A stretch of 45,849 bases of DNA, filler included, from Jimgerdemannia flammicorona (lineage: Eukaryota): the NCBI GenBank assembly GCA_003990765.1. It is 2 parts of 2 records of this genome, joined end to end, with 100 filler letters (N's around TTAATTAATTAA, not from the genome) between each part and the next. Parts side by side here need not be neighbours in the genome. Positions count along the whole stretch, not along the records: positions 1 to 22,878 come from RBNJ01001190.1; positions 22,979 to 45,849 come from RBNJ01001191.1. One strand, written 5' to 3'. Shown here one piece after another: positions 11,633 to 24,074 of the stretch (positions are counted from its first letter, which is position 1; the number at the start of each line of letters is the position of its first letter). The notes below the pieces were generated by a model, which made no database searches, was not told the DNA's origin, and worked only from the letters and a program-made list of their open reading frames with translations. A program made the translations under genes and the position numbers.

Positions 11633-12697
11633 TGGAGGAATATGTGCAGATTGTGCAAGAGGAGTGAAATGCAAGAGGAGTGGAATGTAGTGAGGAAAGC
11701 TTCAGATTATAAGTATAAGTATAAGTATAAGTACAAGCTTTGCTCTGCTCAGCTGATAGCTGATATCACATAATATCAGCTTATTATCAGCTTGTCAGAC
11801 TGAGTGGAGCAAAGCTTATACTTACACTTATACTTGCAATCTGGAGCTTTTCTCACTACATTCAACTCCTCTCTGTATAATTTAGCAGGTTCTACATAAG
11901 CCTTAATTGAGTGAGGTTTGTAACAATGTTTAAGCAAGGTTTATAGTACATTTGAGTAAGATTTGCAGTGAGATTTGCAGTAAGGTTCAAGTAAGATTTG
12001 CAAGTAAGATTAAAGTGAGATTTGTATAAGCCAGGCTTTATAAGCCTTGTACTTGTAAGCTCAGCTAATAGCTGATATCACAGATATCAGCTTATATACA
12101 TATTATATTAGCTTGTAACTAAGCTTGTTCAGGCTTGCAAGCACAAGGCTTGCAAAGCCTAGCTTATACAAATCTTGCTCAAACATTGCTTGCAAATATC
12201 ACTTTAATCTTGTTTGCAAATTATGCTTTAATCTTGCTTACAAATCTTACTCAAACATTATTACAAACCTCACTCAATCAGGGCTTATGTAGAATATGCT
12301 GAATCATATAGAACACACTGAATTATACAGAATATGCTGAATTTTCAAAGTATATTTACTGTTTACAGTTATGTAATAGGTACTAGTTCAACACCTATAT
12401 ATATTTATTCATCCATCCTTTGTCCATAATTGATCATTAGCTATTGCACCTTATACCACCACCTCACTGCTCTCTATCTCACTGCCCCCCAGCTCACTGA
12501 CTCTTGTTCCAGGCCCCACAGTTTCTGGCTTTCCCTACTGCTTGCCACTCCCCCCCAACTCTCTGCCCCCTAGTTCACTGCCCCCCCAGCTTGTTCTCCA
12601 GTTTGTCACTCCCTAGCTTGTCACTTCCTAGCCACTTTCCAGCTCTTGGCCTCCCACTCAAGCTCCCAGTCTCCACCATCATCAAATACTTTTTAAA

Positions 12698-14420
12698 ATA
12701 TCTAAAGATCAAGAAGTATATTTAGGAGAAATCTCAGAACTGTCAGATGATATATTAGAGGATATATTGGAGAATATATCAGATGATATATCAGATATCT
12801 CCACCAGTTCATTATCATTAATGAGTATAAGAATAAAAATAAAAACAAAACCTAGTGATAGCTGAGTGTAGAATCATACAACAAAGATAGTTTTATATAT
12901 TGTTCTAATGGTTGCATTCATAGGGGTGGTTGGTCTCATCAGTCATAAGGGTAGTCAGTTATAATGGTGGTCAGTTGTAAGTAGTTGAGGTTCTAATATA
13001 GTCTCATATCTCTCTATTTAAATAGAATTTACAAAGTAAGCTCATCAGTTGTAACCATTGCACAACTTGGAGCTATATATTAAAGGATGGCAATATCAAC
13101 AATCTTAAATGATATCTCTGGAAGTATTATAATGCTATACTCTTATCTCTCCAGCATGCTGATCTAAGAAAGATGATATTATGAGTATAGATAGAATAGA
13201 ATTCAGAAAGTACTTAGGAGGTTATTAGAAAAATAATTTATCAAATTTTATTATTACAAATAGGAATACACTAGCAAGACTTTAAGTGATGAAAAATTCT
13301 ATTGATTAATTGCCAACTTCATTGTCACTGGATATCAGCCATTTTCCACTATCAAAAATACTGGCTTCAAATATCTCCTTCACATATTATACTCTGATCT
13401 GGTCCTTCTATTGGCTGATATGATTTTTCAAATTATTTGAAAGAAATTTAAACTATTGTAGACTCAAGTAAAAGTAAGGCTAGCAGGGCTCAAGTTAAAG
13501 GTGTCACTTATACTTGATTGTTGGACATTAGATATTAATGTCAAGGCCTTTCTTGGAATAATAGTCCATTGGATTGATAGGAAATAACAGCCCATTGGAT
13601 TGATAGGAAATAACAGCCCATTGGATTGATAGGAAATAACAGCCCATTGGATTGATAGTGATTAGAAGATATATGATATTATCTTAGACTTTGTGAATAT
13701 TATCAAAATAATACACATGGGGGCCAATCTTGTGAAATGTCTAGAGCTGGTAATAGATGATTTATTGCCTAGTAACAATCAAATCATTGCTGTTGTATGT
13801 GACAATACCAGTAACAATAATACTCTGTTTGAGAATCTCTATCATCTGCTCACTCATATATACTGTTTTAGGTATACATATATTAAATCTCATTGTTCAT
13901 GATACTTTTGGTTCTCTTAGTGAGCCCATTGGAAAGCTACAGAAGTTAATAAAGAAGATCAAAAATTCAGCACAATGATAAGCACAACTGGCAAAGATCT
14001 TTAAATCCTCCAGAATTCCCATTTTGAAGCCTCTCTTAGATATTATGATGAGATAAAGTTCTATATATGAAATATTAGTACATGCTCTGGAGATTCATAA
14101 GGTAAGATTTTGAATCTATTTGTATAGATTTTGGAATATGATTCAGAAGTATTTTGGTACTAAATAAATTGATATTACATCCAAATAGGGCTTGGATATA
14201 TTGTGTACCATGGATAAGCAAATGAGCAATATATCTGAAGATGCATGGCAATAATTTGAATTAATTTGCCAATTTCTTGAGCCTTTTGCCAAAGTAATAA
14301 CCATGATGTTAGCTTCAAAGTATTCTACAATAACAGCTGTTATTCCACTATTTAATTAGCTATATGATCACTTTGAAGATATCATTAATATATATCAAAC
14401 TGGTGAATATTTTAATCAGG
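12698..14420 (+). pseudogene. hAT transposase, family 2 copy A (BED finger and DDE core, decayed)
   Basis: Start codon mutated to ATA. SCNHCTTW...NNLK, LILDCWT...AFLGIIVHWID, VVCDNTSNN. A 27-bp triplication lies at ~13565-13660. Confidence 0.9.
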
Positions 14421-15284
14421 TATATTGTGGCATTTGGTTTGTATCCCTAGTTGCTTCTGGCATGGCTCAATGTGCTACTTGGTGAAGCACACGATGTATA
14501 ACTGAAGGCATTAGTGATGTTCACGGGTTGATGGTCATGTGACAGGTCATTCAAAACATGCGATAATAGTAGGAGATCATTTGTTTGTTGGCTCAGGACA
14601 TCGATGGCTCAATTGTTTAGTAGAAAAGGGCATTTCCTGGTGGCGATTAACTTGGCGGCGATGGTCTTGAATTTATGTGGCGACAATGGGCTTGCTCTTT
14701 ATGTGGTCAATTAAAGCAGTCTGTGGTGCAGTAGGTCAGAAAAAACAGAGGTTGACAGCTCGCTCGTCCGTCTTGACTTGTTAACTTGAAAGGTTCCTGG
14801 CGGTCATTCAGGTCTTTGGCAGTGGGTTGGTCTTTGGCAGTCTAGTATCCTTTGGCTGGGTATCCTTGGGTTTCTGGGTCTTGAATCTCGAATAGCGGTG
14901 GTTTGAATGGTGGTCTGAATGCATGGCAGTCATAGTCTTGAATCCTTGGCTGGGTCTCTGGTCTCGAATGGTAGCAGTCGGGTAACATTTTCTTTCCATG
15001 GCAAGAGAAAATTCTTTAACTCAAACTTCCAAGCAATCCGTTGCTCTAGGTTGTTATCTTGTTCTCAGAATTTATCCGGTCTCTTGGAGGCAGTGTGTTT
15101 TCTCTGTAAAACTGTCTGACTGAGGCTTTATTCACTCTAAGAATATGGGTTATTTATACAAGTTTGCTAGCTATGGGGGGGGGGGCGTGACTAAGGCTAA
15201 GGTATACTACATTGTGGTGAACTTATGCTATTGGTTTGCATGATGCGAGGTGCAGGCTTTTGTTTACTACAGATTGGGTTGTAG

Positions 15285-15500
15285 GGGATAGCAACGCTGA
15301 ATTCGGATCTGCTGACAAAATGCTGAAAACGGTGGTACTGGGTAGCAATGCTGGATTCGGATGAGCTGATATGATACGATGATTGTTGCCAGAAATGGTT
15401 GTGGAGGGTGGCAATGCTGAATTCGGATCTGCTGACAAAAGTGCTGAAAATGGTGGTACTGGATAGCAATGCTGGAAACGGACTTGCTGACAAAAGCTGG
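15285..15500. repeat. Tandem enhancer-like repeats within LTR2 U3
   Basis: gcaa(c/t)gctg(a/g)attcggatctgctgacaaaa...ggtggtactgg repeated 3-4 times between the ORF stop and the TATA box. Confidence 0.75.
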
Positions 15501-15525
15501 GTTCTTACAGCTGATGGGCGGTACT

Positions 15526-16512
15526 CTAGAGGAAATAGTACCCTTCGTCCATGGCGGGCAAATCTTGCTGGGTTGTGATTTCTTCTTCATCATATCTCTC
15601 CTCAAAAGGGGGAAGCACTGGCCAAGAGGTGAGGGGGTAGAAAAGTGGCCAGTCATCTTCAACAACATTCTCCAACCCTTGAACAGCTTGAATATGGACA
15701 GAGGACTGGTAGACTCTCTGTTGCTCCTCCTCTTCTTCTGAAGACTCATCAGTTTCAGTGTCAGAGGGGGTTTCTTCAGGGGCAGGGCCTTGGAGTTCTT
15801 GGGCCTCCTCTTTAAAGACAGGAACTTCTTGGGCTTCTTCTTGATTTGGTTCCCAAATGATGAGGTGTGAATTGTGGCTGACAAGGTGGTGGGTGGTTGG
15901 GGTAGCTCCAATGGGTGCTTCTATGGTAATGGGCGGTCCTTCAAATATCTCCATAAGACTTATTAGGTGACCTTGATGGTTGTCTCGGAGTGGGGTGGTG
16001 TGGAAACCTGGCTGAGTAGGTTCGGTTTGTTGGCTTCCTACGGCGATGCAGTTGCTGCCAATAGTGTTGGCTACTTCAGATTCTATCCAGTCAGCATCTT
16101 CAGTTGAGAGGTGGGAGAGGCTGCCAGCTGTTACTCCTTGCAAGTGTGCTATAGCCCAGGGAATATGGCGGAAGATTTGATGGACATGGAGGGCTCTCTT
16201 GATTAGCCGGCTGGTGGTTAACATTTCGGCAATGAGGTCTTCCTGGTTGTCTTCTTGAGTCTCATTGTGAAGGCGGTGTCTGATTTCATAGTCATGCCAG
16301 AGGGTCATTCATTCAGTAGTATCTTTGAGCTGTTGGGTCATTATATACCAGTAGTTGATGAAGTGTCCAAGGTCCTCGGTGTAGAAGTTCAAGTGTTTGG
16401 AAGTGTCTGGGCACCAGATGGCCTTCTTGATAGCTTCAAAGATCAGGGTCTTTGGGCCAGGCAAAGGGGTAGAGCGGCAGGAGGTCTGGTTGGATCGGCG
16501 AATGGGAGGCAT
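15526..16512 (-). pseudogene. LTR-encoded (U3) ORF, ~328 aa, one in-frame TGA
   Basis: ORFs 16309..16587 and 15526..16308 abut in frame across a single TGA. Core reads WHDYEIRHRL...ALHVHQIFRHIPWAIAHL, with an acidic tail. Confidence 0.82.
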
Positions 16513-16719
16513 TGTGTGGTGGGTACTTGGTTCTTTGGTGCTGATCCCTGAGACAGAGTATGGTTCCTTAAATAATGTGGTCTTCATTTTGGCTCAGATT
16601 ATCTTGTCTTCTTTTGGGATGATCACCTAATGGGTCAGGCTGTCTATTTGATTGTCACGCCATTATGTTGTCTGATCTTAGCAGTCACTGGTACTCCGTT
16701 CTCAATTATGTACGTCACA

Positions 16720-17242
16720 ATATATTCTTAGTGCAATTTAGTATACTATATGAGATAAAGAGCTTGACTTTTTTTTTATATAGCTTAAGGACTTCTGTCT
16801 CCTATATATAAAAAGAAAGAATTTAACTGAATGCTGTCTGTTTTAGTAGATTTCTAAGCTAGAGCTCTCAGGGCTGGATGAAGGGTAGGTATTCTTTAGT
16901 ACTATCTAGCAATATGAGGTTCTGAGCCAAGAATTCACCCAATTATATACTCACATCACATTGGAGTACATTAGGTATAATATTTCTCTACCTATATATA
17001 TAGACAACAATATCACTCTAATAATATTTTATATTCCAAAAAGAAGAGACCCAACTTGGGAAGACAGTAGTAGTATCTGATATAATCTCATCTATAGTTT
17101 CAGGATCTTATTTATAGCCAACATGGCTATTCTATTCCAACCACATACCCTCTATGGCACTGTTACTTTTAAAGAGAGCTCAGATACTACAGTTGTCACA
17201 CTTATAATAGATAGTAATAGACTTATTAAGACCTGGGACTAG
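16720..17242 (+). pseudogene. Second copy of the TET/JBP-like gene (last intron and last exon)
   Basis: Inverted homolog of 2433-2970: QYEVLSQEFTQLYTHIT...PIYIDNN...FIANMAILFQPHTLYGTVTF...LIKTWD*. Confidence 0.75.
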
Positions 17243-18357
17243 CAGGTGGAGCAGTTTTATAAATAAGTACCTTTTATATAGATTAGATAGTCTTTTGTGA
17301 GAATTAGACAGTCTTTTGTAAGAGTTAGGTAACTGGGCACCTCTTTTGTTTTATAGTACTAGTTTTCAGCTTTTAGCTTTTTTCTGAGCTTTACTAACTC
17401 CTTGGCCCTGCTTTGTAGTACCACTGATACAGTACTATAGTATAGAGTAAGAGTACTCATACTCTAAATCTGTACTAAAGTCTGATCTATACTAGAGTCT
17501 GATTGCTTGATGTTGCTTTTCATAGTGAGTTGGTGGGCTGCAAATTCTGTGTACTCTCTCTGCTATATCCTATTCTTGGGGCTACTCCATACTGCTGACA
17601 GAGGGCTACAAATTTTGTATACTCCCTCTGCTGACCTGGTTGACCCCTACTCTGCTCCTTTTTTATTTTGCAGTACTAGTTTTTGCTTTTACTGAGTCCT
17701 ACTGGTCCCTTGGCCCTACTGGTCCCTTGGTTCTACTTTGTGGTACCACTAGTACAGTACTAGTATAGAGCCAGGGTGCCTATGAGATCCAAATCTATGC
17801 TAAAGTCTGACTACTTGAAGATATTTCTTACAGTAGATCATTGGGCTGCAAATTCTGCATACTCTCTCTAACCCAGACTTTTATACTAACTTATAGCTTA
17901 AGGTCATCCCTTGTTGCTAGCAGAGGGCTATAAATTTTATATACTCTCTCCACTGACCCTACTGACCTCCACTGATCCTCTACTAATCCCACCAACCTCC
18001 ACCCCACTTAGACTGGCAAGGGACCACAAATACTGATATACTCTCTTTACTGACCACTTTGTACCCTGAGCTGAACTTCCTCTTTTTTTTTTTTTCTTTA
18101 AATAATTTATAAAAAATAATTTATTTCTAACTCTTTTTTGTTTAAAACTACAGGACTTGCTCAATTTTAGCAGCCCATACCCCACCAAGACTTTAGACAC
18201 ATATAGGTCTAGATTGTCTCAGTATTCAGTATATATCTCTTTGAGAAAATGAGATCCACTCTGTTAGAGAACACCTACTTGACTGAAGCACTGGTGGTAG
18301 GAATAGCCAGAGAGTTCTAAGCCATACCATATAGGCTGGGGAAGTCTGTTTGATGTA
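17243..18357 (-). mobile_element. Second copy of hAT family 1: internal repeats and transposase 3' end
   Basis: 18162-18357 is the reverse complement of ~1240-1440 (HQTDFPSLYGMA...); same ~55-bp repeats and palindrome. Cut by the family-2 terminus at 18366. Confidence 0.85.
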
Positions 18358-18777
18358 TCTGTGACTAGTGCTCTGCAAACTCGACCCGATTAACCTGAAA
18401 CCTGACCTGTAAAACAGCCAACCCGGAATTAGACGTCACCCATCTTTAACCCAACCCGGAATTATATGTCACCTGTCTTTAACCTGACCCGGAATTATAT
18501 GTCACCCGTCTTTAACCTGACCCGGAATTATACGTCACCTGTCTTTAACCCGACCCAGAATTGTACATCACCCGTCTTTAACCTGACCTAGAAAGATACA
18601 TTACCCATCTTTAACCTGACCTGGAAATGTATGTCACCTGACCCATTATTTACCCTTAACCCAAACCTGAACCCGACCCCTGAACCCGACCCTGAACCTG
18701 ACCCCTGAACCCGACCCTGAACCCAACCCTCTGAACTCTGCTCTGAAAAAATGATTCGGAAAATATTTGGATAATAT

Positions 18778-21134
18778 TCAGAGTAATTGAAAGTGAAAAA
18801 TATCTGAAGACCACCAAGAATCCAAACACATGCATGCACGAATTGTATTTACATACAAGCTGTTTCGATATTCAGTCACTAGCTCACCAGCAATAGAAAA
18901 AATACATTCAGATGGAACAGATGTTGCCGAAATAGCAAGATAATTGCGAGCCATTCGTGAAAGATTAGAATATACCAACTGATTTCACCATCACCAATCC
19001 AGTATATCTATACGAGGATCAGCTGGATTCTCTGACAAATAACTGAAACAGAGAAATATGAGTGAAAATTAACCAAGCCAATCAAAAAACATAAAAACAA
19101 CACCCACCATTCAAGCTCATCATCCACATCAATGCACTGTTTCTTCTCATATATTGAGTTGATAAAATCATCAGCATCATGAGATATTGAGGGTATAATG
19201 ATAGCATTAACAGGCTTATACTCCTTTTCCCAGATACGTTCCATCTGATTCTTCCATTCATCAATTAAGGATTTTTTCCATTGCTCACAATGGAAATAAT
19301 GCATATTGATACGTGAATCTAAGGCCGAAGCTATGCTGTATAATAGTGTCGTCTTGCAGTAATACTTTAGAAGTTTCGTACGTGCATTCTCAGCAGCGGT
19401 AAGCATTATCTATAAAAAATAAAAATAGACACATATTACTTTCCAATTACTTACTAAATTAGTTCCTAAATTCATAAATAAAATTACTTTCAAAATCATA
19501 TATATACCTGATTAAAATGTTCACCAGTTTGATATGTATCGATGACATCTTCGAGGTGATCACATAGCCGATTAAATAGTAGGATAACAGCCGCTATTGT
19601 AGGATACTTCGAAGCTGATATCACAGTTGTCACTTTGGCAAAAGGCTCGAAAAATCGGCAAATCAATTCAAATTGTTGCCATGCATCTTCAGATATATCG
19701 CTCATTTGCTTATCCATAGCACACAATATATCCAAGCCCTATTTGGATGTAATATCAATTTATTTAGTACCAAAATACTTCCGAATTATATTCCAAAATC
19801 TATACAAATAGATTCAAAATCTTACCTTACGAATCTCTAGAGCACATGCTAACATTTCATGTGTAGAACTCCATCTCATTGTAACATCTAAGAGAGGCTT
19901 CAAAATGGGAATTCCGGAGGATTCACAGACCTTCGCCAGTTGTGCTTGTTGTTGTGCTGAATTTTTGATCTTCTTTATCAACTCCCATAGCTTTCCAATG
20001 GGCTCGCTAAGAGAACCAAGAGCATCATGAATGACGAGATTCAACACATACCCAAAACAGCATACATGAGCAAGTGGATGATGGAGATTCTCAAACAGAG
20101 TATCGTTGTTATTGGTATTGTCACACATAACAGCAATGATTTGATTGTCACTAGGCAATAAATCATCTATTACCAGCTCCAGACTTTTCGCAAGATTGGC
20201 ATCCATGTGTGTTATTTCGCTGATATTCACAAAGTCTAAGATAATGTCATGCATCTTCCAATCACTGTCAATCCAATGGGCTGTTATTCCAAGGAAAGCC
20301 TTGATGTTAATGTCTGATGTCTAACAATCAAGTGTAAGTGACACCTTTGACTTGAGCCCTGCTAGCCTTGCTTTCACTTGAGTCCACAATAGTTCGAATT
20401 CCTTTTGAATAACTCGCGAAATCGTATCAGCCGATGGAAGGGCCAGATCAGGGCGTAATATGTGAAGGAGATACTTGAAGCCAGCATTTTCGATAGTGGA
20501 GAATGACTGATATCCAGTGACAATGAAGTTGGCAATTAACCAATGGAAATTTTCATCACTTAAAGTCTTGCTAGTGTGTTCCTATTTGTAATAATAAAAT
20601 TTGATCAATTATTTTTCTAATAACCTCCTAAGTACTTCCTGAATTCCATTCTATCTATACTCACAATATCATCTTTCTTAGACCAGCGAGGATTCTCAGC
20701 ACGCTGGAGAGGTAAGAGCATGGCATTGTGATACTTCCAGAGATGTCGTTTAAGATTGTTGATATTTGCCGTCCTTCGATATATAGCTCCAAGTTGTGCA
20801 ATGGTTGCAACTGATAAGCTTACTTTGTAAATTCTATTTGAATAGAGAGATATGAGACTATATTAGAACTACAACCGCTTACAACCAACCACCCACCCTT
20901 ATGACTGAGACCAATCACTCCTATGAATTCAACCATTAGCACAATGTATAAAACTACCTTTGTGGCATGATTCCACACCCAGCTATCACCAGGTTTTGTT
21001 TTTATTTTTATTCTCATGCTCGTTGGTGATAATGAACTGGTGGAGATATCTGATATATCCTCTGATATATCCTCCAATATATCATCCGATGGTTCTGAGA
21101 TTTCTCCTAAATGTACTTCTTGATCTTTAGACAT
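18778..21134 (-). pseudogene. BED-finger hAT transposase, multi-exon, nearly intact
   Basis: SWVWNH/CNHC...LKRHL; LDC*TSD...FLGITAHWID; CDNTNNN; CFGYVLNL; DVTMRWSST; LSRMARNYLAISATSVPSECIFS. Has a 1-bp frameshift near 20765 and a TGG>TAG change. Confidence 0.93.
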
Positions 21135-21487
21135 TTCGAATGTTTGATGATGGCAGGAACTGGGAGCTTGAGTGGGAGGTTGAGAGCTGGAAAGTGGCTA
21201 GGAAGTGGTGAGCTAGGGAGTGGCGAACTGGAAAACGAGCTGGGGGGGCAGTAAACTAGGGGGCAGGGAGTTGTGGGGAGGCGGCGAGCAGTGGGAAAAG
21301 CCAGGAACTGTGGGGGGCAGCGAGAGGGAGAGCAGCGAGGTGGCATGCGATAGCCAATGATCGATTGTGGACAGAGGATGGATGAATAAATACGCATGGG
21401 TGGTGAACTGGTACCCATCATGTAACTGCAAACAGCAAACAGCAAACAGCAAACAGCAAACATACTTTGGAGATTCAGCATGTTCTG

Positions 21488-22090
21488 CGTTGAGCAAGGT
21501 TTGCAATGACATTTGAGCAAGGTTTGTGGTGCATTTGAGCGAGATTTGTAGTGAGGTTCGAGCAAGATTTGCAAGTGAGATTTGTAAGTGAGATTTGCAC
21601 GTAAGATTAAAGCGAGATTTACATAAGCCAGGCTTTGCAAGCCTTGTGCTTGCAAGCCTGGACAAGCTCAGTCACAAGCTGATATGACGTATATATAAGC
21701 TGATATCACATGATATCAGCTATCGGCTGAGCTTGCAAGCGCAAGGCTTGCAAATCTCGCTCGAACCTCGCTGCAAATCTCGCTCAAATACACCACAAAC
21801 CTCGCTCAAACGTCATTGCAAATCTTGCTCAATTGGGGCTTACGCAGAACCCACTGAATCATACAGAGAGGAGTGGAACGCAGTGAGGAAAGCTCCAGAT
21901 TGCAAGCATAAGCGTAAGCATAAGCATAAGCATAAGCATAAGCTTTGCTCTGCTCAGTCTGACAAGCTGATAATAAGCTGATATCATGTGATATCAACTA
22001 TCAGCTGAGCAGAGCAAAGCTTACACTTGTGCTTATGCTTACACTTATGCTTGCAATCTGGAGCTTTTCTCACTGCGTTCCACTCCTCTT
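21488..22090. repeat. Two adjacent long inverted repeats
   Basis: Arms ~21488-21665/21728-21835 and 21869-21960/22003-22090. Both centres contain agctgatatca...tgatatcagct-like palindromes. Confidence 0.85.
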
Positions 22091-22534
22091 GCATTCCACT
22101 CCTCTTGCGTTCCACTCCTCTTGCACAACCCTCACATATTCCTCTACCTTTCTCACCCTTATTTCTCAGATTGCAAACAACATGCAATTTAGAAATGGGT
22201 TTCGAAAGAGATTTCGAAGAGATTCCGAAAGAGATTTCGAAGAGATTCAGAAAGAGCTTCTGAAAGAGATTTCGGAGAGATTCTGAAAGAGCTTCTGAAA
22301 GATGTTATAGCTTTTAAACATTTAAGATATCAAAAGCTTACTTTCGCCTCTCATTCTTTTCGCCTTGTTCTTCGCTTCGCCTCATCCTTTGCTTTGCCTC
22401 GTCCTTCGCTTTGCCTTATCCTTTGCTTCGCCTCATCCTTCGCTTCGCCTCATCCTTCACTTCGCCTTGTCCTTTGCTTTGCCTTGTCCTTCGCTTCACC
22501 TCGTCCTTCGCTTCACCTCACTTAATTCACCGCT

Positions 22535-22878
22535 ATGTTGAGAAAATGTGGATATGACTGCCCGGCCAATAAGTATTTACTTGGCCCCCCCCAAGCTCGA
22601 CGCACTTCAGCTCGCTGTCCCAAAGCTTGGCACCCTAAAGATGCCCAGCTTGCCAACACCCAGCCTGCCAAGCTTGCCGACACCCAGCCTGCTGAGCTTG
22701 CTGACACCCAGGTTGCTGAGCTCGCCGACTCCCAGCTTGCTGACCCTCAGCTCCCCGATCTCCAGCTTGACCGCCAGCTCGCTGCCGGTCCACAAGCACA
22801 AGGTCCCCCACCAGATCCCAATAATGCAGCTCGAAAAAGTTAGTTTTTTTTTTTTTTTTCTTTTTAAATCAATGTCCA
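22535..22878 (+). CDS. Exon 1 of the hAT family-2 cargo gene (LADTQPAE repeats), truncated by the gap
   Basis: ATG-initiated ~101 open codons, then a gttag donor near 22839; homolog at 8992-9295. Confidence 0.5.
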
Positions 22879-22978
22879 NNNNNNNNNNNNNNNNNNNNNN
22901 NNNNNNNNNNNNNNNNNNNNNNTTAATTAATTAANNNNNNNNNNNNNNNNNNNNNNNNNNNNNNNNNNNNNNNNNNNN
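22879..22978. other. Assembly gap or artificial contig linker
   Basis: N runs flanking ttaattaattaa, which has stops in all six frames. Confidence 0.95.
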
Positions 22979-23678
22979 TTTTTTTGGGCCCTTGTCATCT
23001 AGACCGTTTTCGGCCTTGGCTCGGTGACCACCGCAGAAGTAATAGGTGGATATTTAATTATGGAGCACAGTTTATTCGATATGGAATAAATTTTGATTGT
23101 TTTCTTGCAATTCGATTAGTAGTCGAGTGTTCCGATTGGTTTCGTTTCCGAATCCAAATGTCTGGATATTTAACAAGCGTAGCACAAATACGAAATCAAC
23201 TGGAGTATAAAATTGAGTAGGATACAAAATGAACTCGAATGCCAGAAACAAAACCGGGATAAACACCTCATTGGTTTTTGTCATCAACTCGTAACAATAT
23301 TTAATCCAGGGAACAAGCACCATATGAACAAATAATCGGATATACTAACTATATTAGATATTTTATTGAAAGAGATCTCTACCAGATACATATGTAAGAT
23401 ATGTCAGGCTAATAATATGTTATATTACAGATACATTCATTGGCCAAACCATCAATCATTTACCTGATACATTTATTTTCATATCTCTGGCTTAGGCGTC
23501 ACGAGGTACAATTATGCTGAACACAAAGAACAGGTTTACTTTCATTCTAAAATAAACTGTGCCACTCGCAATAAGGTGTGAAAACGATTTGTCTTGCTGC
23601 GTCATAGATCACGTGCTCGCCTCTACCTAACCATAAAGACGTAAAACCAGCCACCTGTTTTCCGGCCAAGCTACAAAC

Positions 23679-24074
23679 ATGCCCGAGCCCGTTCCATCCC
23701 CCGCCCATCTCTTCAAGATCATCTTGCCGAGCCCGCAACTACTGAAATCGTCCCCAGGGACCGTCTTTCCGCCTGCCCCCCTAGACGTCGCGTCGGGCTA
23801 CATCCACTTCTCGACAGCCGCGCAGACTCCGGTGACCGCCGAGCGGTTCTTCGCGGACTCTAGCGAGATCTGGGTGCTCAAGGTGCGGTACGCTGGCGAA
23901 GTCAAGGATAAAACCAGGTGGGAGGGCGTGGTGCACAAGGAGGACGGGAACGCAGGGATCGAGTATTTCCCGCACGTGTACGGTGATTTCAGGATGAAGG
24001 ACGTGTCGGATGTAGCGAAGTTGACGAAGAATGCTCAGAACGTGTGGGTATTCCCGGATGGATGGTTAGAATGA
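23679..24074 (+). CDS. DUF952 domain protein
   Basis: HLFKII...LDVASGYIHFSTAAQ...AERFF...RWE...FPHVYG; intact, single exon, CpG-rich. Confidence 0.9.
   Translation: MPEPVPSPAHLFKIILPSPQLLKSSPGTVFPPAPLDVASGYIHFSTAAQTPVTAERFFADSSEIWVLKVRYAGEVKDKTRWEGVVHKEDGNAGIEYFPHVYGDFRMKDVSDVAKLTKNAQNVWVFPDGWLE

Larger units (their letters stand above)
7587..14425 (+). mobile_element. hAT family 2, copy A (5' end to mid-transposase, heavily mutated; contains solo LTR1)
   Basis: Begins TAGTACATTGTAAAC followed by 33-bp subterminal repeats. Region 8960-14425 is an inverted homolog of 19500-22878. Confidence 0.88.
14426..16719 (-). mobile_element. Solo LTR2 (2294 bp) with non-matching flanks
   Basis: TGTGGCAT...ACGTCACA termini. 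Minus-strand TATAAATA at 15151-15158 and AATAAA at 15127-15132. Layout matches the Gypsy 3' LTR3. Confidence 0.85.
18366..22878 (-). mobile_element. hAT family 2, copy B (younger, CpG retained; runs into the gap)
   Basis: Terminus TAGTGCTCTGCAAAC at 18366, 33-bp and 12-bp subterminal repeats to ~18740, transposase, hairpins and cargo exon. Confidence 0.92.

Noticed and set aside
14422..16723. 4-bp atat TSD for LTR2
   Set aside because: The flanks belong to different elements and both are AT-eroded; the related LTR1 has a 5-bp TSD, so the match is probably chance.
21107..22286. Several 60-180 aa ORFs upstream of the hAT transposase
   Set aside because: They arise from microsatellites and inverted repeats and are not conserved as frames in copy A.
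22923..22934. ttaattaattaa palindrome as a biological site
   Set aside because: It is embedded in N runs and typical of an artificial linker; adjacency across it cannot be trusted.
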